Shown one piece after another: positions 7,585 to 17,116 of a stretch of 55,299 nucleotides of DNA. The position numbers and the translations under genes are program-made. Origin of the DNA: Myxococcota bacterium (GTDB taxonomy: Bacteria > Myxococcota_A > UBA9160 > PR03); the NCBI GenBank assembly GCA_041577695.1, contig JBFGIM010000002.1, forward strand, positions 1 to 55,299. The letters run 5' to 3'. The notes beneath the pieces are model-generated. The model had not been told where the DNA came from and did no database searches. It saw only the letters and a list, made by a program, of their open reading frames with translations. Every line of letters starts with the position of its first letter. The stretch's first letter is position 1.

Positions 7585-9675
7585 TCAGGGCTCCAGCCGA
7601 TCGAGGGCACGCAGCAACACCTGGCGCACGTACTCGTCGCGTTCCTGCTCGAGATTGCGAAGCATCGCCGGCACGGCCGCGGCCACCCGCCGCTCGGCGA
7701 GTGCCTCGATGGTGTCGGCGCGCACACCCCAGTGCGGATGCGCGACCAGCGGAATCAATTGCGCCAGCTCGTCGGATCCGGCGTGGCGACGCCAGACTCC
7801 CACCAGCGCCTGGACCAGCTCCGGATCGGGCCGGTTGATCAGGGCGCCGAGCGGCGCCAGCGACACCGTCGAGCTCAACCCTGCGAATGCCTCCACCGCG
7901 GACAGCGCCACCGGCGCCTCGTCGTCGAGGGCGCACTCGAGCAGGCGGCGCAACTCCTCACGCAGGGATTCCTCTGCACGCACCGCCAGGGTGCCGAGCG
8001 AACGCACCGCCGCCGCGCGTACCAAGACATCGTCGTCGGCCAGCATGTGTTCGAGATCGTGCAGCACCGCCGGCGCGTCGATCTCACCGAGCGCCGCGGC
8101 CACGGCGCGGCGCACGTCGGGCGACTCGTCGGCCATGGCCAGGTGCAGGTCTTCGGGCACCCGGCCGGAAGCGATGCGCGCCAGGGCACGCGCCGCCTCC
8201 GCCCGCACGCGCGGACTGGGGTCCTGGATCAGGAGCGCGATCAAGGCACCGTGCTCGGCGCCGCCGACACGACCCAGGATCTGTGCCGTGGCCAACCGCA
8301 GCGGCTCGGCGCCATCGGTGAGGGCCTCGCGCAGACGGCCGAGTACGGTCCGCGTCGCCGTGGGCGTCGCCTGCGCCAACGCGCCGAGTGCTTCGGTCAG
8401 CGCCTCGCGTTCCTCGACCCAGTCGGGCTCGTCGTCGGCGACCAGGGCCCGAAGCTGGAGCACCAGCGGTTCGCAGGCCACCGGGTCGGCCCGCCGGCCG
8501 AGCGCGCTGGCGGCTGCCGTGCGCACCTCGGGATCCTCGTCGCCGAGCGCGATCAGCAGCCGGTCGAGGGTGCGCGGCGAGCCGGCGCCACCCAGCAACT
8601 CGCAGGCCAGTCGGCGCCCATCGCTGTCGAGACCCTCCCATGCCTCGTCCAGTACGTCGGCCGCTCCGTCCGCGAAACCCTCGAGGGCGCCGAGTACCAC
8701 GTCGCGCAGCGCCTCGTCGCGCCCGGCGCGCAACATCGGCACCACGGCGCGCGGGTTGCGCAGCAGACCCAGGAACTGGACCCAGAGCAGGCGCGTCGTC
8801 AGCTCGCCACTCTCCAATCCGTCGAAAGCATCGTCCAGCAGGCGCGGGCTCTCCTGCGACGTCTCGCGGATGCGCGCACAGAGCCGCTCGACCTCGTTCG
8901 CCTCGATCGCTCCGACCAGCTGCACGAGCGCCTCGACCGCAGCCTCTCGGGCCGACCGGGCCGAGAGCTGGAGGCCCTTGAGCAGGGATTCGGCGGCTTC
9001 GGGATCGCCGGACCGACCGAGCACGGCGAAGGCGGCCGGTCGCAGCAGCGGATCACTCAAGACCCCGGCCAGCGCGTCGGCGCTGAGCGGCATCTCGAGG
9101 CGCGCCAGCCCGCGCAGCGCCGACAGCCGCACCAGCGTGTCTTCACCTTCGCGCAGCGCCAGGCGCTCCAGCTTGCGTTCGGAATCGTGCCCACCGATCG
9201 CGCCGAGAGCATCGGCAGTCGCCGCGCGCACGTTGGTATCGGGGTCGCGCAGCAGCTCGCCGAGCCGAGGGACGGCCTCCAGGCTCCCGATGCCCGCCAG
9301 CGCATCCACTACCAGCTTTCGCACGTCCACACAGGAGTCGCGGCTGGCATCGATCAGCAGCGGGACCATGATCCGGCCACGCCGCACCAGGGCGTCGACG
9401 GAGGCATTGCGGCGGCCCGCGTTGTCCTCGTCGGCGAGAGCTTCGATCAGCGCCCGGCCGGCCAGGACGTCGTCGGCCACGCCGACCATGCCATCGATGG
9501 CGGCCTTGCGGACGCGCCAGCTCGGATCGCCGAGGCTGGCGCTGAGGAACGGCACGGCCGTGAGGGACGACAGCAACGCGGCGCGCTCCACCGCAAGTCG
9601 TCTCGCTTCGGCGTCGGGGCTCGCCAGGTCCTCGCGGATCTGGGCGAGGTCGCGCGGATCCTCGCCCGTGTTCAC
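7585..9675 (-). CDS. HEAT-repeat (PBS-lyase-like) protein, 696 aa
   Basis: About 15-18 copies of the motif L.D.D..VR.AAA.ALG... (e.g. LRDPDTNVRAATADALGAIG, LGDEDPEVRTAAASALGRR, MADESPDVRRAVAAALGEI). The GTG start at 9675 overlaps the upstream stop (GTGA). Confidence 0.85.
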   Translation of the reverse strand: MNTGEDPRDLAQIREDLASPDAEARRLAVERAALLSSLTAVPFLSASLGDPSWRVRKAAIDGMVGVADDVLAGRALIEALADEDNAGRRNASVDALVRRGRIMVPLLIDASRDSCVDVRKLVVDALAGIGSLEAVPRLGELLRDPDTNVRAATADALGAIGGHDSERKLERLALREGEDTLVRLSALRGLARLEMPLSADALAGVLSDPLLRPAAFAVLGRSGDPEAAESLLKGLQLSARSAREAAVEALVQLVGAIEANEVERLCARIRETSQESPRLLDDAFDGLESGELTTRLLWVQFLGLLRNPRAVVPMLRAGRDEALRDVVLGALEGFADGAADVLDEAWEGLDSDGRRLACELLGGAGSPRTLDRLLIALGDEDPEVRTAAASALGRRADPVACEPLVLQLRALVADDEPDWVEEREALTEALGALAQATPTATRTVLGRLREALTDGAEPLRLATAQILGRVGGAEHGALIALLIQDPSPRVRAEAARALARIASGRVPEDLHLAMADESPDVRRAVAAALGEIDAPAVLHDLEHMLADDDVLVRAAAVRSLGTLAVRAEESLREELRRLLECALDDEAPVALSAVEAFAGLSSTVSLAPLGALINRPDPELVQALVGVWRRHAGSDELAQLIPLVAHPHWGVRADTIEALAERRVAAAVPAMLRNLEQERDEYVRQVLLRALDRLEP

Positions 9676-10928
9676 CCGCTCCTCCGGTTCTCGGCGGCGC
9701 GAACCAGCTCCTCGGCGAGATAATCGCGCTCCTCACACACCCGCGCTTCGATGCGGTCCGCGAAGAGCGAGCGGCCCTCGGCCAGCTCGTCCTTCAGCGC
9801 CTCGAGCACGCGGTCGTCGGCCACGGCGGCCGCGAACTTCTCCGGGTTGTAGAGCACGATGTCCGAAACGATGATGCGCGCCAGCCGCTCGGCGCGAGCG
9901 CGCTCGTCGGCGAGCGGATCGGGCGGCCCGGGCGCGGGGGGCGGCTCGGCTGCCGGCTCCGGCTGGGGTGCCGACTCCGGCTCGGGGGGAGCCGGCTCGA
10001 AGGAGGGCTCCGGCATGTCGAGCTCGATCGGCTCCGACGGGTCCAGGGCGAAGTCGCCCGCGGGCGACTCCCTATCGAGCGTCGGCAACGCGGGCTTGCG
10101 GTCGATCGCGGGCTCCGGCGCCGGCGGCAGTGACGTGAAGCTGCTGCTCGACGACCCGAACTCGAACTCGGGTTCCGGCTCCGGGTCCGGGTCCGGATCC
10201 GGCGCTTCGATTTGCGGCTCGACCGGGATCGGCGCGGGCGGCGCGGGCTCGGACACCACCGGGCCCGCGGAGTCCTGCACGCCGAAGCGCTCCAGGAGGT
10301 TCGGCAACGCCTCGGGCAGCTGGCGCGGCTCGACGTACGCGTCGGCGCCGTAGAGTTCGCTGGGTGCGCGACGGTAGCGGCCCTCCTTGTGCAGGGCTCC
10401 CACCAACACCACCGGGATCGAGCTCAAGCTCTCGTTGCGCTTCATCAACTCGCAGATCTGGAAGCCGAACATCTTGGGAAGGGCGGCGTCCAGCACCACC
10501 AGCCGGGGCAGCGTGCGCTGAACGGTGAGGATCGCCTCGACCCCATCGTGGGCCACCACGACCTGCAGGCCGCGCGCCTCGAGCTGGTCACCCAGCTCCT
10601 TGCAGGCGCTCGCTTCGGGGTGCGCCACCAGGACCAGCCGCTCGCGGTCGAAGCGCGGCTCGGCCGGCGACCCGGTCGGTGCAGCCTCGGACTCGGTCGT
10701 AACCGTCGGACCCTGGGCGGGACGCTCCGCCGGCTTCGCGGCGGAGACCGGCGCCGGCTCCTGGGGAGCCGGGGCGCGCGCCGGCGCGCCGGCCTGGCCG
10801 CGCGTCTCGGGCGGTCGTACCCGGAACACGGCGCTACAGCGACTGCACCGCAGGCGCAGACCGTCGCCCTCGAGCTGATCGGGACGGATGCGGTAGCGCG
10901 TTCGACATTTCGGACAGGCCGCAATCAT
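9672..10928 (-). CDS. zinc-ribbon (MJ0042-type) + receiver domain + Pro/acidic linker + conserved C-terminal helical domain protein
   Basis: N-terminus [37 protein letters not shown] (CxxC...CxxC). Receiver-like core LVLVAHPEA...[13 protein letters not shown]...PVVLVG. Low-complexity [15 protein letters not shown] linker. The ATG at 10928 overlaps the MCP stop (ATGA). Confidence 0.85.
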   Translation of the reverse strand: MIAACPKCRTRYRIRPDQLEGDGLRLRCSRCSAVFRVRPPETRGQAGAPARAPAPQEPAPVSAAKPAERPAQGPTVTTESEAAPTGSPAEPRFDRERLVLVAHPEASACKELGDQLEARGLQVVVAHDGVEAILTVQRTLPRLVVLDAALPKMFGFQICELMKRNESLSSIPVVLVGALHKEGRYRRAPSELYGADAYVEPRQLPEALPNLLERFGVQDSAGPVVSEPAPPAPIPVEPQIEAPDPDPDPEPEPEFEFGSSSSSFTSLPPAPEPAIDRKPALPTLDRESPAGDFALDPSEPIELDMPEPSFEPAPPEPESAPQPEPAAEPPPAPGPPDPLADERARAERLARIIVSDIVLYNPEKFAAAVADDRVLEALKDELAEGRSLFADRIEARVCEERDYLAEELVRAAENRRSG

Positions 10929-13546
10929 TTCGACTCCCTCGGGCCGTCAGCCGCGTGCACGACAGCCTCCAACTCCCCTACATCGGCGTCTCGCCCTGCG
11001 GACTGAGGCTCGGGCGGGTGCGAAATCCGGAAACGGGCGATGCCCTCCCGCAGCGCGGCGGCCTGGTCCAGCAGATCGCGACCTGCGGCACGCATCCGGG
11101 ATGCATTCCCCTCGTTGGCGTGTGTATTCTGCAACACCTCCGCCATCGACTCCGCACTTTCGGTGCAGGCGGCGCTCTGCTCCTGGAGCGCCGCGTCGAT
11201 CGTATCGACCGCCTGGCGCACCCGCTCGACGCCCTCGCGGATCCGGGACCCGCCGCGACTCTGTTCGCGGGTGGTCCGGTCGAGCTGCTGGGACACCTCG
11301 CGCAGCGTCCTCACCGCGCTCAGCACCTGCGCGCTCCCGGTGCCCTGCTCCGCCGTCGCCCGTTGGAGCGACTCGACGGCGCCCCGCACCCGATCCATCT
11401 GGGTGGCCACGTGGGTCGAGACCCCTGTCTGCTGCTGCACCGCCGCGACGATCTCCGCGATCCGAGAGCCCGATTCGCGTGCGGTGCGCGTGATCACCTC
11501 CAGCGACTCGCCGGCCTGGGCCGAGCGGCTGACCCCGTCGAGCACGCTGGCGCTGCCCTCCTCGATGGCGGTGACGGCCGCGGCCGTCTCTGCCTGCACC
11601 GCGCCGACCAGCGCTCCGATCTCCTTGGTGCTGGACATGACCCGCTCGGCCAGCTCCTTGATCTCGTCGGCCACGACGGTGAACGCGCGACCGTGCTCCC
11701 CGGCCTGGGCCGCGATGATGGCGGCGTTGAGCGCGAGCAGGTTGGTCTCGTCGGCGACGTCGTCGATCACGTCGACCACGGCGCCGATCTCCTCGGTGCG
11801 GACGCCGAGACCCCGGATCACCGCCTGGGCGGTCTCCGTCGCGTCGCGGATCGCCTCCATTCCGGCGATCGTCTCCTGCACACGGTGGCGACCCCCCTCG
11901 GCCACTTCGACCACCTGGAGCGAGAGGCGCGCGGTCTCCGAGGCATTTGCGTCCACGTCGCGCATGGAGCCGGCCATCTCTTCGATCGAGGAAGAGGTCT
12001 CGATCGAGGCCTCCCGCACGCCGTCCACCTGGGCCTGCATCGAGGCGACGCCCGCCAACATCTGCTCGAGCGCGGAGGACACGCTCTCCATCTGCTCCGA
12101 CAACACGCCCGCCGTCTGCGAGAGCTGCTCGCCAGCGGCGCCCATTTCGAGTACCGAGCTGGACGATTCCTCGACCGTCTGCGACAAGCCCTGCGCCGAT
12201 CCGGCGATGCCGCTGACCTGTTCGCGCACCGCGTCGGTGCGACGGGTCGCCTCGCGCACGCCGCGCACCTGGGCTTCGGTGGCGTCCGAAACGCCCCTGC
12301 CGATGCCCACCAGCTCCGCCGCCGCCGCCTCGACACCGTCGGCCGTCGCCGCCACCCGCTGCACCATCATCCGCAGGTTGTCGCGCATGGTGACGAAGAC
12401 GCGACCCAGATCGCCGAGCTCGTCGTCGGACGCGAGGGCGTCGCCGCCGCTCAGGTCGCCGCCGGCGATGCGCTCGGCCTCGGAGCGAAGCCGTCCCGCC
12501 ACGCCGGACACGTCGCGGGCAAAGAGCGAGGCCACCAGGGCGGAGACGAGCCCCACCACGGCGAGCAGCAGGCCGAACACGGGACCGATGCGACCCGTGT
12601 GCGCCGCCAGGCGTTCGAGCGGCAGCCAGGCGATCGCCGTGCGCCCGTCCGCGAGGCGCCGCCAGGTGAAGCAGTGAGGCGAGTCGAGCACGGTGCTCTG
12701 CCCCGCTTCGGGTGAGCGCTCGATCGAGCGCCGTTCCTGGGGGGTGAGCGGCAGTGCGGGGTCGCTGGACGGATCGGCGCTGAGGTGCAGCGTGCCCAGC
12801 CCCAGCTCGCGTGCCGCCTCGCCGATCGCGTGGAAGTCTGCGCCGGGCTGGATGCCGCTGTGCAGCATCCGGAGCTGCAGCTCGGCGGTCTGCGATTCGA
12901 GCGGCCGCTCGGCGCGCACCTGGGCCAGCATCACCGAGAAGAAGACGGTGGAGAGCGCCACGCCGCTGAGCGCCGTCAGCAGCTTGGTGGAGAGCGGAAT
13001 GCGGGTGTGCTCGGCCAGCTCGGCCCCCGGAAGCCGGGAGAGAATCTCGACGATGGGAGCGCACAGCCGCTTCAACGTGAAGTACTGGACGGTGTTGGCG
13101 AGCAAGCCACCCGAGAACGCCGACACGGCGACGCGCATGAAGGCCTCGCCGCGCAGCTCCGGATAGGTCCACTCCAGCCCGCTGCCGATCATGGCGCCGG
13201 CGGCGCCGAAGGAACACGCCAGGTAGAAGACGGTGCGGACCGGGAGCCGTCCGGCTTCGGTCAGGGCCGCCGCCACCTGCTCGCGGGTGGCGTGCTCTGG
13301 GGCGTCGAGCCAGGCGCGGAGGTTGCGGTGCTGCCGCCGCGCCCACCCCTCGCTCACGATCGTCGAGAGTACGGCGTAGCCGGCCACCAGCCACAGAAAG
13401 GTCTTCCACTGGTCCGGACTGAAGCGCACCAGTGCGGTGAGATAGAAACTCACCAGCACGGCGGCCATGCCGCCGATCGCGGCCTGGGCGGCCACGAAGC
13501 GCCGGTGGAAGGCGGCCCCGCTCTCGGGCAGATGCTCGCTCAGCAC
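10925..13546 (-). CDS. methyl-accepting chemotaxis protein with multi-TM N-terminal module and HAMP
   Basis: Signalling hairpin [39 protein letters not shown]-like segment ([17 protein letters not shown]). Several N-terminal hydrophobic helices. GTG start at 13546. Confidence 0.9.
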   Translation of the reverse strand: MLSEHLPESGAAFHRRFVAAQAAIGGMAAVLVSFYLTALVRFSPDQWKTFLWLVAGYAVLSTIVSEGWARRQHRNLRAWLDAPEHATREQVAAALTEAGRLPVRTVFYLACSFGAAGAMIGSGLEWTYPELRGEAFMRVAVSAFSGGLLANTVQYFTLKRLCAPIVEILSRLPGAELAEHTRIPLSTKLLTALSGVALSTVFFSVMLAQVRAERPLESQTAELQLRMLHSGIQPGADFHAIGEAARELGLGTLHLSADPSSDPALPLTPQERRSIERSPEAGQSTVLDSPHCFTWRRLADGRTAIAWLPLERLAAHTGRIGPVFGLLLAVVGLVSALVASLFARDVSGVAGRLRSEAERIAGGDLSGGDALASDDELGDLGRVFVTMRDNLRMMVQRVAATADGVEAAAAELVGIGRGVSDATEAQVRGVREATRRTDAVREQVSGIAGSAQGLSQTVEESSSSVLEMGAAGEQLSQTAGVLSEQMESVSSALEQMLAGVASMQAQVDGVREASIETSSSIEEMAGSMRDVDANASETARLSLQVVEVAEGGRHRVQETIAGMEAIRDATETAQAVIRGLGVRTEEIGAVVDVIDDVADETNLLALNAAIIAAQAGEHGRAFTVVADEIKELAERVMSSTKEIGALVGAVQAETAAAVTAIEEGSASVLDGVSRSAQAGESLEVITRTARESGSRIAEIVAAVQQQTGVSTHVATQMDRVRGAVESLQRATAEQGTGSAQVLSAVRTLREVSQQLDRTTREQSRGGSRIREGVERVRQAVDTIDAALQEQSAACTESAESMAEVLQNTHANEGNASRMRAAGRDLLDQAAALREGIARFRISHPPEPQSAGRDADVGELEAVVHAADGPRESK

Positions 13547-14034
13547 GCAGCCTCCTCGCCGGCGGAGCGATGGACGCTCTCGACCAGGTCCTCCAGGGAG
13601 AGCACCAGCAACGGCGGCTCTCCCTCGCGCCGCACCACGGCGCGCACGGCCTGACGTCCAGCGCGCGTCACCAGGTCGGGCGGCGCCTCGACCGACGCGG
13701 AGGGCAGCGTCAGGACGTCGGCGGCGCCGGAGACGCGCAGCCCGAGCGTGAGCCCCTCCGTCTCGACGACCACCAGGCGGCTGGCGGGCGAACGCTCCAC
13801 CGGCTTGCCTTCCAGAGCGCGCCCGAGGTCCACCACGGGAACGATGCGTCCGCGCAGGTCCACGACGCCCTCGACCAGACCCGGCGCGCGGGGAAGCGGC
13901 GTAGTCGGCTGGTCGCGAACGATCTCGCGGATCTGGCGCACGTCGATCCCCAGCGTCCGGCCGCCGAGCTCGAAGGAAGCCAGCTGGATCTCGTCCCGGG
14001 CGATCGTTTCGGTCGTGGGCAGATCGACTCGCAC
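13540..14034 (-). CDS. cheW: chemotaxis coupling protein CheW
   Basis: 164 aa. Motifs [22 protein letters not shown]...[18 protein letters not shown] are typical CheW. Confidence 0.9.
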   Translation of the reverse strand: MRVDLPTTETIARDEIQLASFELGGRTLGIDVRQIREIVRDQPTTPLPRAPGLVEGVVDLRGRIVPVVDLGRALEGKPVERSPASRLVVVETEGLTLGLRVSGAADVLTLPSASVEAPPDLVTRAGRQAVRAVVRREGEPPLLVLSLEDLVESVHRSAGEEAAC

Positions 14035-14038
14035 CGCT

Positions 14039-14554
14039 TCACTCCTGGTCCAGATCGAGCAAGCGGTCGACGTCGAGCAGCGAGACGAAGCGTTCGTCGA
14101 GCGGACAAAGCGCCTCGACCAGCTCGCCCTGACCGGTGTTGGGGCTGATCATCTGCGACTCGAGCACGCGCATCACCTGACTGACGCGATCGACCCAGAG
14201 CCCGGCGAGCTGGGCCTCGGCCGTGTGGAGCACGACGATGCGCTGGCGGCGGGGCGCCAGACCCGAGCCCTCGGGAAGCCCGAGGCGCCGGCGCAGGTCG
14301 ATCACCTGCAACACCTCGCCGCGCAGCGAGATCACGCCTCGCACGGCCGCGGGCACCCGTGGCAGCGGCGTGAGATCCCGACTGCGCACGATCTCGCGCA
14401 CGCGTTCTACGGGAAGCGCGTAGAGATCGTCGCCGATGCCCAGCAGCAGGAGCTCGCGCCGCAGCTCGGCCCTCGGTGCCGGCTTCGTGCCGGCTGCGCG
14501 CGCCAGCGCATCCCAGCTCTGCGTTCCGGTGCCGCCGGCGGTTGCATCGCTCAT
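14039..14554 (-). CDS. cheW: chemotaxis coupling protein CheW (second copy)
   Basis: ATG at 14554 overlaps the cheA stop (ATGA). Motifs LLLLGIGDDLYALPVERVREIV...VRGVISLRGEVLQVIDL. Confidence 0.9.
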   Translation of the reverse strand: MSDATAGGTGTQSWDALARAAGTKPAPRAELRRELLLLGIGDDLYALPVERVREIVRSRDLTPLPRVPAAVRGVISLRGEVLQVIDLRRRLGLPEGSGLAPRRQRIVVLHTAEAQLAGLWVDRVSQVMRVLESQMISPNTGQGELVEALCPLDERFVSLLDVDRLLDLDQE

Positions 14555-16611
14555 GCCACCTCCCGGCGTCTGAGGGTGTCCTCGGCGAGGGCGGCCACGT
14601 CCATCACCAGGACCGTGCCGCGCGCGCCGAGATCGGTGGCTCCCGCGATGCCCCGAACGCTTCCGATCGGGCCCTGGATCGGCTTGATCACCGCATCCTG
14701 CTGCTCTTCGAGCTGATCGACCAGCAGTCCGACCCGCGCGTCTCCCAGGGCCACCACCACGACCGCCAGGTTCGCGTCGGGCGCCGGCGGCGGCAGCTCG
14801 AACTCGGCGTGCACGCGGCGCAGCCACAGCGGCTCCCCGCGCAGACGCAACAGTTCGCGCCCCTGCGAGTGCTGGATCTCGGCGGGCGAGATCTGCAGCG
14901 TTTCGAGCACCGACGTCAGCGGTACGGCGAAGCGCTGACTGCCGACGCGGACCGCAAGTGCCTGGATGATTGCCAGGGTGATCGGCAGGGTCAGCGAAAT
15001 GGAGGTCCCGGCGCCGGGCTCGGACTCGATCCCGACCGAGCCTCCCAGGGCAGCGGCGTTTTCGCGCACGATGTCCATGCCGACACCGCGCCCGCTGGTC
15101 GCGCTGACCTCGGCGCTCGTCGAGAGTCCCGGCTGGAACACCAGGTCCAGCACCTCCTTGCGCGACAGATGGGCGTCGGTGCCGACGGAGCCGTCGGCGA
15201 TGGCGCGGGCGAGGATGGCGTCGGTGTCGATGCCCCGACCATCGTCCGAGACCCGGACCACCACGTGATGTCCGCGCTGGAACGCCTCGAGACGGATGCA
15301 ACCCTCGCGCGGCTTGCCGGCAGCGCTTCGCTCGTCGGGCGTCTCGATGGCGTGGTCGAAGGCGTTGCGCACCACGTGCATCAACGGATCCACAAGCTCC
15401 TCGACCAGCAACTTGTCCAGCTCGGTGTCGCCACCCCGGATCTCGAGCTTCACCTCCTTGCCGGAATCGCGTCGGAGCCGCCGCACCACCCGCGACAGCT
15501 TCTCGAAGACCTGGCGCATCGGCACCATCCGCGCCTCGAGCACGCCGGCTTGCAGATCCTGGAGCTTGCGGTCGATGTGCTTGTGAAGCCCGGCGAGTTC
15601 GGCACCCGCCCGCGCGGTGGCGGGATCGGCGCGCAGCCGCGTCGCCAGGGCACCGAGTGCGCCACGTTGGATCACCAGCTCCCCGACCAGGTTCATCACC
15701 TCATCGAGCTTGCGGATGTCCACGCGCACGGTATCGCTGATCGACTTCAGCGACTCGAGCTCGGCCGGGGCTGCGGGGGATGGCGGCGGCGGGGTGGCCG
15801 ACCTCTCCGCGGAACTCGCGCCGGCCGCCGGCGTCCCGCCTGCGGCCTCGCGAAGCACCCGGACCTCCGCTTGCGGCACCTCGAGCCGCACGCGTGCTGC
15901 GGGGTCGTCGAGCTCGCTCGCGGCGAGCAGCGAGAAGCGGATCTCGGCCTCCGGTGAGCCGCCGGGCGCGGGCAGCGTCGAGATCACCTCGCCCGCGTCG
16001 CGCACGGCGCGGGTGAGCTCGGCGAGGCCCTCCTCGAACGCGAGCATCGGGAAGCTCTGCTCCACCAGCAGCAGGCAACGCCCGAGTCGCAGGTTCTCGT
16101 GCAGCCGGTGCTCCTCGTACTCGGTGAGCGCGCGCAGCACGCTCTCCTCCAGCCCCGCCAGGCTCGTCGACGTGGCCGGGCGCGGACTCGCCTCGAGCTT
16201 TTCGCGGATGCGGTCGATCAGCTGCTGCAGGCCCTGGGGCGGCGCGTCGAGCGCTCCCGCCTCCCCCAGCTGCGTCAGCAGCGAGGCGATCCACTCGACG
16301 GACTCGTCGAGCAGATCGAGGGCGGGGGCGTCGGGTCCCAGCCGTCCCAGCCGGAGGCCGTCGAGGATGTCCTCCAGGTGGTGTGCGAGCTGGGTCACTT
16401 CGTCCAGCCCGAACATCCCGGACAGACCCTTCAGGGTGTGGGCCGAGCGGAACAGCCGGTTGGTGCGTTCGGGGTCGAGTGCGCCGCGAGCGCGCTCGTC
16501 GGCCAGATCGGCGAGATCGCTCCGCAGGCGCTCGAGGATCTCCTCGACCTCGGAGACGAACTCGCGCGCTGCCTTGGTGCGTGCACGCGGAGCTTTGCGA
16601 CGCGCCGCCAC
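14551..16611 (-). CDS. cheA: chemotaxis histidine kinase CheA
   Basis: HPt motif FRSAHTLKGLSGMFG. HATPase motifs (HVVRNAFDHAIE, DDGRGID, GRGVGMDIV). C-terminal CheW-like domain. GTG start at 16611. Confidence 0.95.
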   Translation of the reverse strand: MAARRKAPRARTKAAREFVSEVEEILERLRSDLADLADERARGALDPERTNRLFRSAHTLKGLSGMFGLDEVTQLAHHLEDILDGLRLGRLGPDAPALDLLDESVEWIASLLTQLGEAGALDAPPQGLQQLIDRIREKLEASPRPATSTSLAGLEESVLRALTEYEEHRLHENLRLGRCLLLVEQSFPMLAFEEGLAELTRAVRDAGEVISTLPAPGGSPEAEIRFSLLAASELDDPAARVRLEVPQAEVRVLREAAGGTPAAGASSAERSATPPPPSPAAPAELESLKSISDTVRVDIRKLDEVMNLVGELVIQRGALGALATRLRADPATARAGAELAGLHKHIDRKLQDLQAGVLEARMVPMRQVFEKLSRVVRRLRRDSGKEVKLEIRGGDTELDKLLVEELVDPLMHVVRNAFDHAIETPDERSAAGKPREGCIRLEAFQRGHHVVVRVSDDGRGIDTDAILARAIADGSVGTDAHLSRKEVLDLVFQPGLSTSAEVSATSGRGVGMDIVRENAAALGGSVGIESEPGAGTSISLTLPITLAIIQALAVRVGSQRFAVPLTSVLETLQISPAEIQHSQGRELLRLRGEPLWLRRVHAEFELPPPAPDANLAVVVVALGDARVGLLVDQLEEQQDAVIKPIQGPIGSVRGIAGATDLGARGTVLVMDVAALAEDTLRRREVA

Positions 16612-16616
16612 GGGAT

Positions 16617-17000
16617 CTACTCGCGAGGTGCCCGGTCGAGCAGGTCGCGCGCGATGATGCGCAGGGCCTCCGGGTCGAAGGGCTTGACCAGGTACGCGTC
16701 GGCACCCAGCTCGAGGGCCTTGGTGCGGTCGCGCTCACTGCCCTCGGTGGAGATCACCAGCAGCGGGATGTCGCGATAGGCCGGGTTGCCCTTGATGAAC
16801 GAGACCAGCTCGAGGCCGTTGATGTCCGGCATGTTGATGTCGGTCACGACCAGGTGGAAGCGGCGACGCGGCAGCAAACGAAGTGCCTCGAAGCCGCTGG
16901 GCGCCTCGGTCATCTTGAGGTCGCCCCCGAGCTCCTCGAGACTCGAGACGACCAGCGAACGCATGGTCGAGGAATCTTCGACGATCAGGACGTCGTGCAC
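16617..17000 (-). CDS. cheY: CheY response regulator
   Basis: GTG at 17000 preceded by GGGGAGG. Motifs VLIVEDS, LVVTDINMPDINGLE, LLVISTEG, YLVKP. Confidence 0.9.
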   Translation of the reverse strand: MHDVLIVEDSSTMRSLVVSSLEELGGDLKMTEAPSGFEALRLLPRRRFHLVVTDINMPDINGLELVSFIKGNPAYRDIPLLVISTEGSERDRTKALELGADAYLVKPFDPEALRIIARDLLDRAPRE

Positions 17001-17116
17001 GGAAGCCTCCCCAGGGTGGAGAGCTCACGCGGGTGCAGCGGGCGTGAACTCGGCCAGCAAGTAGATCGGCCAGCCCTGCGCTTCGCTTGAGACAATCCAC
17101 CAGCGGGCGGACGATC

